Origin: Longimicrobiales bacterium
GTDB lineage: Bacteria > Gemmatimonadota > Gemmatimonadetes > Longimicrobiales > RSA9
Assembly (NCBI GenBank): GCA_041568755.1
Contig: JBFFZF010000001.1
Span: 1,033 to 65,032, forward strand
Direction: 5' to 3'
DNA length: 64,000 bases
The notes under the pieces were generated by a model. The model was not told the origin of the DNA. It did no database searches and worked only from the letters and a program-made list of their open reading frames with translations. Positions 55,488 to 64,000 of this stretch are shown here, in pieces; positions within the stretch are counted from its first letter, which is position 1; the number at the start of each line of letters is the position of its first letter. A program made the position numbers and the translations under genes.

Positions 55488-56410
55488 AAGTCGTCACTCT
55501 GCCGGCGCGGCTCGAAGAGCGGACGTTCGACCAGGTCGTGCGCGGACTGGAGGGCGATGCGGGCGAACGACGCCTGTTCGACGCCCGGGCAGTCCGCTGG
55601 GTCGACCCGTTCGGGATGCTGGGCCTGCTGGCCGTCGGCACGGTGGCCTGCCGCACCGCCGACCCGCCCATCCTGCAGCTGCCCGAGGCGCCCGAGGTGG
55701 TCAGCTACCTGATGCGCATGGGGTTCTTCACGCACGCCGCCGATCGTTTCGAGATCCATGGCGCTCCCCGGCGGCCGCGCACGGACGGGCCGTCCGATGT
55801 GCTGCTCGAGATCATGCCCGTGAACACGCACGCCGATGTGCACGCGGTGGTCGACCTCGTGAACGAACGCGGCGTGCGCATGCTGACCAACCAGCTCGGC
55901 TACCCCGGCCACGAGGCATTCCAGTTCAGCGTCGTGCTGTCGGAAGTGTGCCAGAACATCGTCGAGCACGCGGAGGCCGGCGGCTGGGTGGCCACACAGT
56001 CCTACAACTGGTCGCGCAGGCTCGGCCGCCAGGTCGTCGCGATCGCGGTTCTGGATGTAGGGATCGGCTTCGCCGCCTCGCTGGCCCCGGCGCACGCGGC
56101 CCGACACGGCGGCCAGTGGACGGACGCGGCGGCCCTCGAAGCGGGGTTCCTGCACGGCATGACGCGCTTTCACGATCCCGGCCGGGGGCAGGGTCTGCAG
56201 CAGATCCGCAAGCGCGTGGGCCGTTGGGATGGTCGCATCTCGATCCGCAGTGGCACCGCGCGCATCGCCGATGTGCCCGCCTGGGATGACGCGCCGCCGC
56301 TGGAGGAGGGGCTGCCATTTCTCGCGGGGGCTCAGATCGGTATCGTACTTCCGGCCCGGGCGGACGAGGCAGCGCCGGGCACGCCGTCGAAGAGGAGGAG
56401 CGGTTCGTGA
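55484..56410 (+). CDS. GHKL/HATPase-like ATP-binding protein with an N-terminal STAS-like region (RsbW-type kinase-like)
   Basis: ATGA overlap with the pfkB-like gene. 'EVCQNIVEHA' (N box), 'LDVGIGF' (G1) and 'GRGQGLQQI' (G2). N-terminal 'FDARAVRWVDPFGMLGLLAVG...YLMRMGFF'. Confidence 0.65.
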   Translation: MKVVTLPARLEERTFDQVVRGLEGDAGERRLFDARAVRWVDPFGMLGLLAVGTVACRTADPPILQLPEAPEVVSYLMRMGFFTHAADRFEIHGAPRRPRTDGPSDVLLEIMPVNTHADVHAVVDLVNERGVRMLTNQLGYPGHEAFQFSVVLSEVCQNIVEHAEAGGWVATQSYNWSRRLGRQVVAIAVLDVGIGFAASLAPAHAARHGGQWTDAAALEAGFLHGMTRFHDPGRGQGLQQIRKRVGRWDGRISIRSGTARIADVPAWDDAPPLEEGLPFLAGAQIGIVLPARADEAAPGTPSKRRSGS

Positions 56411-57000
56411 GGCATCCGTCGCGCAAGGTGATCCCGTTTTCGTTCGATCTGTCCTCGCTCGCGCCCCGGACGGTGGCCAGCCTGTACTCGCACCTGGTGA
56501 CGCGACCCACGGGTCGCGCACTGCGGCTCGGCATCGAGAGCCAGATCGGCGACATCGGCGGGCGCTGCCTGTCCATCCTCGACTTCACACAGGTCGTGGT
56601 CCTCGACTACAGCTGCGCCGACGAGGCGGTGGCCAAGCTGCTGCAGCGCTACGGGACGGCGGACCGGCCGGCGGACGTGTACTTCGTCGCTCGCGGTCTT
56701 GGAGAGCGGCACCGCGAGCCGCTCGAGGCGGTGCTGGTGCGGCAGAATCTGGCGCTGGTCGCGGAGATCGAAACGCGCGGGTTCGAACTGCTCGGCGCGG
56801 CCGGCGACGGCGAGCGCGCAACCTGGGCCGCGCTGGAGCAGGCGCGGGCTGCCGGGCTGGGTGAGATCGCGGCATTCGCGGGCATTCCGGCTGCCGAGGT
56901 GCGCGATACGCTGGACAGGCTGGTCGATCGGCGGCTGGCGGTGCGACCTGCGGCCGGTTTCTACTGGGCGCTGAGCGGGATGCTCGATCTCAGCGTGTGA
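56407..57000 (+). CDS. STAS-like (DUF4325-type) domain fused to a C-terminal winged-helix domain
   Basis: GTGA overlap with the upstream gene. 'SLYSHLVTRPTGRALRLGIE...LSILDFTQVVVLDYSCADEAVAKLL' follows the DUF4325 pattern. 'LGEIAAFAGIPAAEVRDTLDRLVDRRLAV' is wHTH-like. Confidence 0.6.
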   Translation: MRHPSRKVIPFSFDLSSLAPRTVASLYSHLVTRPTGRALRLGIESQIGDIGGRCLSILDFTQVVVLDYSCADEAVAKLLQRYGTADRPADVYFVARGLGERHREPLEAVLVRQNLALVAEIETRGFELLGAAGDGERATWAALEQARAAGLGEIAAFAGIPAAEVRDTLDRLVDRRLAVRPAAGFYWALSGMLDLSV

Positions 57001-57700
57001 AACGGGGTGCCCGGGCCCGTTCGACTCGCCCGTTCAGCACGAACCACAGAATGCGGTTGACGGCCTTCAGCGTGGCCAGGGCCGCGGCACTCTCCGAGCC
57101 GTCCTCCAGCGGGTGTGCACCCACCACGCGCTCGGACCGGCGGCCCAGGCGCAGGGAAGCGACCGTCGCGGCAACCAGCACGTAATTCGTATCGTGCGCC
57201 ACAACGGGCGTGGCGAATTCCAGACTGAAGCGCACCGCCGCCCCGGTCATGCGGTTGATCGCCGCGAGTACGGCTCCGGCCGCGGCCCGGCTGCGGCCCG
57301 CCTCCGATTCCAGTTCCGTCGCCTCGCCTTCGTAGCCTTCCGTGTCGAGCATGAGCCGGGTCCGGACGGTGATGCGTCCGCCCGCGCTGGACGTCTCGAC
57401 GTGCTCGAGCCGGACCCGTTCCGCGACGGCGGCGGTCCCCGTTCCTGCGGGCAGCGTGGTTTCCTGGGCCTCGTCGATCTGTGCGATGCTGATGATGCGC
57501 TGGTCGATGGGAATGCGCAGCCGGTCCTCGAGCAGCGACTTCACGTGGGCGGCGAACTCGCGCGGCCGGGGACCCGGCCCGATCAGCAGATGGATCTCCC
57601 GCGGTCGACCGAACGCGTCCGGCTGCACGAACACACCCACGACGGCGGGCTCGTCGCGGAGAACCGATTCGGCGGCGGCTTTCAGATCCTGCTTTTCCAT
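56990..57700 (-). CDS. hypothetical protein (236 aa)
   Basis: Track ORF trimmed to ATG 57700 ('MEKQDLKAAAESVL'). Codon usage looks native. The 3' end overlaps the convergent gene by 11 nt. No family recognised. Confidence 0.5.
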   Translation of the reverse strand: MEKQDLKAAAESVLRDEPAVVGVFVQPDAFGRPREIHLLIGPGPRPREFAAHVKSLLEDRLRIPIDQRIISIAQIDEAQETTLPAGTGTAAVAERVRLEHVETSSAGGRITVRTRLMLDTEGYEGEATELESEAGRSRAAAGAVLAAINRMTGAAVRFSLEFATPVVAHDTNYVLVAATVASLRLGRRSERVVGAHPLEDGSESAAALATLKAVNRILWFVLNGRVERARAPRFTR

Positions 57701-57897
57701 GCTCCGGGGGTCGGGTGTGGCACGTGTCGTACCCGGCGGGACGCGCAGGAGAATGCGCGGCACCCGGGGGCTGGTCAAGTGCTGCGGGACAGACCCGCCG
57801 CCGGCCGGCCGTTTGCCCGCGCCCGCCGCCACTCGTAGGTTGCGCGTCACGCGAACGCGTAGACCCGGCACCGCCGTACGTTTTCCGCAGGACAGCC

Positions 57898-60405
57898 ATG
57901 AAAGGTGTCATCATGGCGGGTGGCTTCGGCACCCGCCTGAAGCCGCTGACCATCAGCAGGCCGAAACCCATGGTGCCCGTCGCCAACCGGCCGATGATGG
58001 AGCACATCGTCGAGCTGCTCAAGCGGCACGGCATCACGGACCTGATCTCGATTCTGTACTATCAGCCCGAACAGATCACCTCGCACTTCGGGGATGGCGC
58101 GGCCTTCGGCGTCTCGATGCAATACGTGACGGCAGAGGCCGACTTCGGGACGGCCGGCGCGGTGAGAAACGCTGCCGACCTGATCGGTGACTCGCCGTGC
58201 ATCATCATCAGCGGCGATGTCCTGACGGACTTCGACCTGGGCGCGGCCATGACGGAGCACAGCGCGCGCGGCGCCGAGGCCACGATCGCCCTGACCATGG
58301 TCGAGAACCCGCTGGCCTACGGCATCGTCATCGTGAACCAGGAAACCGGCCGCATCGAGCGTTTCCTGGAGAAGCCGACGTGGGGCCAGGTCTTCAGCGA
58401 TACGATCAACACGGGCATCTACCTTCTCGAGCCTGCAGCCCTGGCGCGCGTTCCCGTCGCCACGAACTACGATTTCTCCAAGGACCTGTTTCCATCCATG
58501 CTGCGTGCGGGCGCGGCGCTGTATGGACACATCGCGCACGGCTACTGGCGCGACGTCGGGAATATCGAGGAGTACCGCCGGGCGAACGAGGACGCTCTGG
58601 CCGGCCGCGTGCATGTGCTGCCGCGCGGCACGGCCCGTCAGGAAAGCCAGGCGACGATTCACGGCGAACACGGCGCCGTCGTCGGGCGCGAGGTCCGCAT
58701 CACCGGGTCCGTGGTGCTGGGCCGTTCGAGCACGATCGGCGCGCGTGCATCGCTCGAGAACGTCATCGTGGGTGCCGGCTGCGAGATCGGCGAGGGTGCG
58801 GAACTGCGTGATGTCGTGCTGTGGGAGGACTGCCACGTCGGGAAGAATGCGCGCGTGTACGAGACCGTGTGTGCCGCCCGTGTCCGCATCGGCGAAGGCG
58901 GACTGGTGCGCGAGAAGTGCATCCTCTCCGACGACGCGAACGTGGGCGCGTACAGCGTCGTCGGTCCCAACGTCAAGGTATGGCCGGGCAAAGTCGTCGA
59001 GGATCGCGCGGTCCTGGCCCACTCGCTCATCTGGGGCGAGGCGTGGGAACGCAATCTGTTCAACAACGCGCGGGTCAGCGGCATCCCAAATTTCGAGATG
59101 ACGCCGGAAATCGCCGCCCGTCTGGGCGGGGCGTACGGCTCGATGCTGGGGCCGGGGGCCTTCGTCGCGATCTCCCGGGACGCAGACCGCGCATCGCGCA
59201 TGGTCAGTCGGGCGCTCGTCGCGGGCTTCGTATCGGCCGGCGTGCACGTAGAGGATCTGCAGGAGATGCCGATTCCCGTGCTGCGCCACGTCGTGCATCA
59301 CGGCCGCGAGGCCGGTGGCATCCACGTGCGCCGGTCACCGTTCGACAGCAAGGTCATCGACATTCTGTTCATCGACACGGACGGACGCGACCTGGCGCCC
59401 GGCAAGACCCAGTCGATCGAGCGGCTGTTCGCCCGCGAGGACTTCTCGCGCGCAGGCCCGGAGGGGACGGGCGATCTGTACTTCCCTACGCGCATCGTGG
59501 AAGGCTACTCGGAACACTTCCTGACTGAGATCGCCCGCGAGCTCATCACGAGCCGGCATTTCAGTCTGGTGGTCGATTTCGCCTACGGATCCACTGCCGG
59601 CGTTTTCCCGCGGCTGCTGGGCGCGCTGGGCATCGACATGGTGAGTCTGGATGCCTACGCGGCGCCCGGCCGCCTCACGCGCAGCGATGACGAGTTCCAG
59701 GAGAGTCAGCGTCGGCTGGGCGGCATTGTGCAGTCCGTGCGCGGACAGCTGGGTCTGTGGCTGGACCCGGGCGGCGAGGTGATCTACCTGGTCGACGATC
59801 AGGGGCGGCCGCTGTCCGGCGAGCAGACGCAGGCCATCTTCGTACAGCTGGCACTCCGGCATCTGGGCGTGCACCGCGTCGCCGTGCCGGTCACGAGTCC
59901 GTGCGCCGTAGTGCGCGCGATCCAGGAGGCCGGTGCCGAGCTGCTTTGGACCAAGACCGAGCATCACGCAATGATGGGGTCGGCGACGGATGCCGACTTC
60001 GTTGCCGGAACACGCGGCGAGTTCATCTTTCCGCAGTTCCTTCCCGCGTACGACGGCATGTTCGCCTCGGTGCGGTTCCTCGAAGGCATCGCCCGGTGTG
60101 ACGCGGCGCTGCACGAGCTCGTCGACCAGCTGCCGCCGATCCACGTGCTGCAGGAGCGCGTGGCATGCCCGTGGGGCCGGCGCGGCGCCATCATGCGGCG
60201 TCTGGTCGAGTTCACCGAGACGCAGCGCCGCGATCTGGTCGACGGCGTGAAGGTCTGGACCGCGGACGACGACTGGGCGCTGCTCATACCGCACTCGCAC
60301 CGTCCGTATTTCGTCGTCACGGTCGAAGGACCGGGTGAGGCCGCCGCCGCCGCCCGGCTGGACGAGTGGACGCGTCGTCTGGAACGCTGGCGGGACGAAG
60401 CCTGA
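57898..60405 (+). CDS. sugar-phosphate nucleotidyltransferase fused to a left-handed beta-helix and a phosphohexomutase-like domain (835 aa)
   Basis: Start at ATG 57898. 'MKGVIMAGGFGTRLKPLT..PKPMVP' is the NTP-transferase motif, followed by hexapeptide repeats. The C-terminal PGM/PMM-like part has degenerate motifs ('RRSPFD', 'DPGGEV'). Confidence 0.8.
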   Translation: MKGVIMAGGFGTRLKPLTISRPKPMVPVANRPMMEHIVELLKRHGITDLISILYYQPEQITSHFGDGAAFGVSMQYVTAEADFGTAGAVRNAADLIGDSPCIIISGDVLTDFDLGAAMTEHSARGAEATIALTMVENPLAYGIVIVNQETGRIERFLEKPTWGQVFSDTINTGIYLLEPAALARVPVATNYDFSKDLFPSMLRAGAALYGHIAHGYWRDVGNIEEYRRANEDALAGRVHVLPRGTARQESQATIHGEHGAVVGREVRITGSVVLGRSSTIGARASLENVIVGAGCEIGEGAELRDVVLWEDCHVGKNARVYETVCAARVRIGEGGLVREKCILSDDANVGAYSVVGPNVKVWPGKVVEDRAVLAHSLIWGEAWERNLFNNARVSGIPNFEMTPEIAARLGGAYGSMLGPGAFVAISRDADRASRMVSRALVAGFVSAGVHVEDLQEMPIPVLRHVVHHGREAGGIHVRRSPFDSKVIDILFIDTDGRDLAPGKTQSIERLFAREDFSRAGPEGTGDLYFPTRIVEGYSEHFLTEIARELITSRHFSLVVDFAYGSTAGVFPRLLGALGIDMVSLDAYAAPGRLTRSDDEFQESQRRLGGIVQSVRGQLGLWLDPGGEVIYLVDDQGRPLSGEQTQAIFVQLALRHLGVHRVAVPVTSPCAVVRAIQEAGAELLWTKTEHHAMMGSATDADFVAGTRGEFIFPQFLPAYDGMFASVRFLEGIARCDAALHELVDQLPPIHVLQERVACPWGRRGAIMRRLVEFTETQRRDLVDGVKVWTADDDWALLIPHSHRPYFVVTVEGPGEAAAAARLDEWTRRLERWRDEA

Positions 60406-60412
60406 GCGGGAC

Positions 60413-62725
60413 ATGAAGCGCCGGATCGGGATCACGCTGATCGTCGTCCTGGGCAGCGCGCTGGTCGCGCTCATCGGCGCGTCGCTGTACGTACGCACCG
60501 CGCGCACGGCCGTGGCTGGAGAGCGCGTCGTGCCGGGGCTTTCACAGACCGTCGAGATCTGGCGCGACTCGCTCGGCGTCCCGCACGTCTTCGCGGACGC
60601 GGAGCTGGACCTGTTCTTCGCGCAGGGCTGGCTGCACGCGCAGGACCGGCTGTGGCAGATGGAGCTGTTCCGGCGCGTCGCAGCGGGACGCCTCGCGGAG
60701 ATCCTCGGCCCGGACCTCATCGAATCGGATCGGTTCCTGCGAACCGTGGGCGCGTGGCGTGCCGCGCGCGCCCAGGAAGCCGCCATGGGCGATGCGACGC
60801 GTGCCCGGCTGCAGGCCTACGTGGAGGGCGTGAACGCGTGGATCGCCGGGCACCGCGGCGCACTGCCGCCGGAGTTCCTGGCGCTGCGCTTCCGACCGGA
60901 GCCGTGGACGGTCGCGCACTCGCTGGCCATCGAGAAGGTCATGGCGTGGGATCTGTCGGCCTGGGGTTCGGCGGTCTCGGCAGCGCGCGCCGCCCGTCTC
61001 GATCCGGAGCGGGCGCGCTGGCTCGACGTGGAGTGGCCCGCATGGGCGCCGGACATCCTCGATCCGCCCGCCGTCGACGCGCCGGCGCTGGCCCTGCAGC
61101 TGCTCGATGCGGTGAGCATCGCACGCGCCTCCAACGCGTGGGTGATCGGCGGCGAACGGACGCGCTCGGGCCGACCCATCCTGGCCAACGACATGCACCT
61201 CGCGCTGCGGGCGCCGTCGATCTGGTATCTGATGGCGCTGCATGGTGGCCTGTGGAATGTCACCGGCATGAGTCTGCCCGGTGTGCCGTTCATCGTCGCA
61301 GGCCACAACGACGCGGTGGCCTGGGGCTTTACCAATGCGATGCTCGACGATATCGATCTGTTCCTCGAACGCGTCGATCCGGCCGATTCGACGCGTTACC
61401 TCGTCCCGGGCGGCAGCGAGCCGTTCGAGATCGTTGCGGAAACGATCGAAGTGCGCGGCGCAGCGGCCGTGTCTTTCGAGATCCGGCTGACCCGGCACGG
61501 CCCGATTCTGGAAACCATCGGCGATCCGGCCGGGCGGGACCTGGTTGCGCTCCGCTGGGCCGCACAGGATCCGTCACGCACGCTCGATGCCGTGCCCGCG
61601 CTCAACCTGGCGCGCGACGCGCTCGATGTGGTCACCGCCGTACGGCTCTTCGAGAACCCGCACCAGAACGTGGTCTATGCCGACACGGCCGGGAACTTCG
61701 GCTACGTGATGGGCGGAAGGATCCCGCGGCGAGGCGAGGGGCGGCCGCCGCCCGACGCACCGGTGCCGGGCTGGACCGGAGAATGGGACTGGAACGGCTG
61801 GCTCCCGTTCGAAGCGCACCCGCAGGCGCACAACCCCGCGGCGGGTTACGTGGTGACGGCGAATCATCGGCAGGTCGCAGGCGAGGCCGGTGCGCTCGTC
61901 TCGCGGCACTGGGAACCGCCGTTCCGGGCGGCGCGCATCCGCGCCATGATCGAGGCCGCTGCCGAGCTGGACGCCGACGCGGTTCACGCCATGCAAATGG
62001 ACGTGCGGGATGCACTCGCCGAGCGGTTCCGGGATCTGGCCGTGACTGCGGCGCGCGAAGCCGGCAACGCGTCCGGCGCCGCTGTGCTGGCCGGCTGGGA
62101 TCTCGAAGCGCGCGCGGATTCCCGGGGCGCAGGACTCTTCTACATCTGGTACGAACGGTTGCGCCGCGGCGTCCGGGACCACCTGTGGGGCGGCCGGGAC
62201 GGGCCGCTGCCGACGGACGCGTACATCGATATCCTCGACCGACAGGCGCTGCCCTGGGATGCGGAGCCCGACGAGGCCTTCCGCGCGCTCGCCGTGCGCG
62301 CGGCGATCGAGGCGGATTCGCTCGCCGGCGGACGTGACTGGGGCGAACTGCACACGGTGCGTTCGGCCCACGCCCTTTCGTCGTCCCCGCTGCTCGAACG
62401 TATGCTTGGCCTGGATGTCGGTGGCGTGCCCGCAGGTGGATCGCCGACGACGGTCAACGTCTCCCAGTACGATGGCGGCACGACACCGATCCGCGCGGCG
62501 TACGGGCCCAGCCAGCGCCACGTGGTAGACCTGGGCGATGTGGATGGTGCAGGCGGCTTCATTCTGCCGACGGGCCAGTCCGGGCTGCCGTTCGACCGGC
62601 ACTATCGCGACCAGTGGTCGCGCTGGCTGGCGGGCGGGCTGTGGCGGATCCCGCTGGACCCGTCCGAGGCGAGCCCCCGTGCCGTGCACCGTCTGCTGCT
62701 GCGGCCCGCACAATCCGGACGATGA
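60413..62725 (+). CDS. penicillin acylase (S45 Ntn-hydrolase) family protein
   Basis: Start at ATG 60413, with a signal/TM segment. 'GWLHAQDRLWQMEL' and 'ASNAWVIGGERTRSGRPILANDMHL' (nucleophile Ser-Asn) are present. Confidence 0.88.
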   Translation: MKRRIGITLIVVLGSALVALIGASLYVRTARTAVAGERVVPGLSQTVEIWRDSLGVPHVFADAELDLFFAQGWLHAQDRLWQMELFRRVAAGRLAEILGPDLIESDRFLRTVGAWRAARAQEAAMGDATRARLQAYVEGVNAWIAGHRGALPPEFLALRFRPEPWTVAHSLAIEKVMAWDLSAWGSAVSAARAARLDPERARWLDVEWPAWAPDILDPPAVDAPALALQLLDAVSIARASNAWVIGGERTRSGRPILANDMHLALRAPSIWYLMALHGGLWNVTGMSLPGVPFIVAGHNDAVAWGFTNAMLDDIDLFLERVDPADSTRYLVPGGSEPFEIVAETIEVRGAAAVSFEIRLTRHGPILETIGDPAGRDLVALRWAAQDPSRTLDAVPALNLARDALDVVTAVRLFENPHQNVVYADTAGNFGYVMGGRIPRRGEGRPPPDAPVPGWTGEWDWNGWLPFEAHPQAHNPAAGYVVTANHRQVAGEAGALVSRHWEPPFRAARIRAMIEAAAELDADAVHAMQMDVRDALAERFRDLAVTAAREAGNASGAAVLAGWDLEARADSRGAGLFYIWYERLRRGVRDHLWGGRDGPLPTDAYIDILDRQALPWDAEPDEAFRALAVRAAIEADSLAGGRDWGELHTVRSAHALSSSPLLERMLGLDVGGVPAGGSPTTVNVSQYDGGTTPIRAAYGPSQRHVVDLGDVDGAGGFILPTGQSGLPFDRHYRDQWSRWLAGGLWRIPLDPSEASPRAVHRLLLRPAQSGR

Positions 62726-63717
62726 CGACCGACGCGCCGCAAGATCCGGTCGCGCTGGCCGTCGTCGGCGCCGGCCCGTGCGGCATCGCCGTGGGGATCG
62801 CTGCGCGCGAGGCGGGCCTCTCCTGCGTACTCATCGACAAGGGCTGCGTTGCCGGCTCGATCGGCCGATACCCGACGTGGCTCACGTTCTTCAGCACGGC
62901 CGAACGACTCGAGATCGGCGGTGTCCCGTTCACGATCGCCGGTGACAAGCCGACACGACGCGAGGCGCTGCGCTACTATCAGCGACTTGCCCGCGAGTTC
63001 GATCTCGACGTGCTGCAGTATCACGAAGTGACGGCCATCGAAGGTCGGCCTGGCGACTTCCGCCTGCGCATCCGGCCGGTCCACGGCGGGGAGCGCGTCC
63101 TGCGGGCACGCAGCGTCGTCATCGCGACCGGCTATTTCGATCAACCCAACCGCCTGGGCGTGCCCGGCGCTGATCTGGCCAAAGTCTCGTACGGTTACCG
63201 GGAGGCCTATCCGTATTTCCGCCAGGACTGCATCGTCGTCGGTGGCGGCAACTCGGCAGTGGATGCCGCACTCGAACTGCACCGGTGGAACGCGCGGGTC
63301 ACGCTCGTGCACTTCGAGGCCGGCCTCGACGCGGGCGTGAAGCCGTGGGTGCTCCCCGACATCACGGCCCGGCTGAATGCGGGCGATATAGCCAGCCGGT
63401 TCCGCGTGCGCGTGGCGGAGATCCTGGCCGACCATGTCGTGCTGCGGCACGAAGACACGGGCGTCCTCGAGACGCTGCCCAACGACTGGGTCCTGGCCAT
63501 GACCGGCTACATGCCGGACCGGACACTGCTGCGCGGGCTGGGTGTCCGCTTCGACAGGGACACGGGTAAGCCGGTGCACGACCCGGCCACCATGCAGACG
63601 CACGTCGAAGGCGTGTTCATCGCCGGCGTCATCGCCGCCGGCAACAACGCCAACAAGGTCTTCATCGAGAACGGCCGCGACCACGGCCGGCAGATCGTAG
63701 CCGAACTCGCACGCTGA
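62722..63717 (+). CDS. ypdA: YpdA-family pyridine-nucleotide disulfide oxidoreductase (putative bacillithiol disulfide reductase)
   Basis: The ATG at 62722 overlaps the upstream stop. 'VVGAGPCGIAVGIAA', 'YPTWLTFFS', 'VVGGGNSAVDAALEL' and 'VFIAGV' are present. Confidence 0.75.
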   Translation: MTTDAPQDPVALAVVGAGPCGIAVGIAAREAGLSCVLIDKGCVAGSIGRYPTWLTFFSTAERLEIGGVPFTIAGDKPTRREALRYYQRLAREFDLDVLQYHEVTAIEGRPGDFRLRIRPVHGGERVLRARSVVIATGYFDQPNRLGVPGADLAKVSYGYREAYPYFRQDCIVVGGGNSAVDAALELHRWNARVTLVHFEAGLDAGVKPWVLPDITARLNAGDIASRFRVRVAEILADHVVLRHEDTGVLETLPNDWVLAMTGYMPDRTLLRGLGVRFDRDTGKPVHDPATMQTHVEGVFIAGVIAAGNNANKVFIENGRDHGRQIVAELAR

Positions 63718-63718
63718 G

Positions 63719-63748
63719 TTGACATTGCCGAGCCGGCCGCGCTAGACT
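63719..63748 (+). promoter_or_regulatory. candidate promoter TTGACA-N18-TAGACT upstream of pruA
   Basis: TTGACA at 63719-63724, an 18-nt spacer, then TAGACT at 63743-63748. A ~90-nt leader with GACCGG/CCGGTC complementary segments precedes the ATG at 63839. Confidence 0.4.
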
Positions 63749-63838
63749 GCCGCCGAAAAACAGCGACCGGTGCGACGACCGGAACGGCCGGTCACGGTCG
63801 ATCATGGATTCACCCGCCAACGATACGTGAGGCCAGCA

Positions 63839-64000
63839 ATGCTGCCCGAGTTCAAGAATCTGCCGCTGCTCGATTTCAAGGATCCGGAGAACGCCCGCCA
63901 GATGGAGGAGGCGCTGGCCCGCGTCCGTTCCGGCCTGGGCCGGAAGTGGCCGCTGGTGATCGGCGAGCGCGAGATCCACGAGGGCGAGATGGACACGTCC
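63839..64000 (+). CDS. pruA: L-glutamate gamma-semialdehyde (1-pyrroline-5-carboxylate) dehydrogenase, N-terminal 54 codons (continues beyond the window)
   Basis: Not in the ORF track. GTGAGG lies upstream of the ATG at 63839. 'MLPEFKNLPLLDFKDPENARQMEEALARVRSGLGRKWPLVIGEREI' matches the RocA/PruA N-terminal pattern. Confidence 0.6.
   Translation, partial: MLPEFKNLPLLDFKDPENARQMEEALARVRSGLGRKWPLVIGEREIHEGEMDTS

Overview
High-GC (about 65-72% by eye) bacterial chromosomal segment, densely packed with housekeeping and central-metabolism genes. Many genes are joined by 4-nt ATGA/GTGA overlaps. The phylum cannot be determined without a search; gene content and GC would fit a Gemmatimonadota-like organism. 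Recognisable content, in order: trpA end, panBC, rlmN, ptsN, aspS, a phoH-pgpH-ybeY-DUF502-ubiB string, meaB plus a split methylmalonyl-CoA mutase, and an Atu/Liu-like carboxyltransferase-AtuA-hydratase group. Then come recQ, a SorAB/SoxCD-like sulfite dehydrogenase, an acyl-CoA dehydrogenase, RNase G, rplU-rpmA, a sodium:solute symporter operon and a five-gene beta-oxidation block. The window ends with nfeD-floA, tRNA-Leu(CAA), lepA, a glycosyltransferase/sugar-kinase operon, an NDP-sugar transferase/PMM-like fusion, a penicillin-acylase-family protein, ypdA and the pruA start. Most long extra ORFs in the six-frame track are antisense or upstream-extension artefacts of the high GC. The clearest anomaly is a roughly 1.7-kb low-GC islet (about 37.69-39.42 kb). 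It carries a divergently transcribed 62-codon ORFan and an atypical SorC-like protein, with a control region built around TAGCAT half-sites. Homologous symporter 3' ends bracket it, one of them an orphan fragment. Secondary items are a GHKL-ATPase plus STAS-wHTH pair inside a sugar-kinase operon, a 42-bp C-rich tandem repeat with an inverted copy, and a probable CTG start codon. I found no CRISPR array, integrase, transposase or recognisable defence gene. No function can be assigned to the islet from sequence alone.
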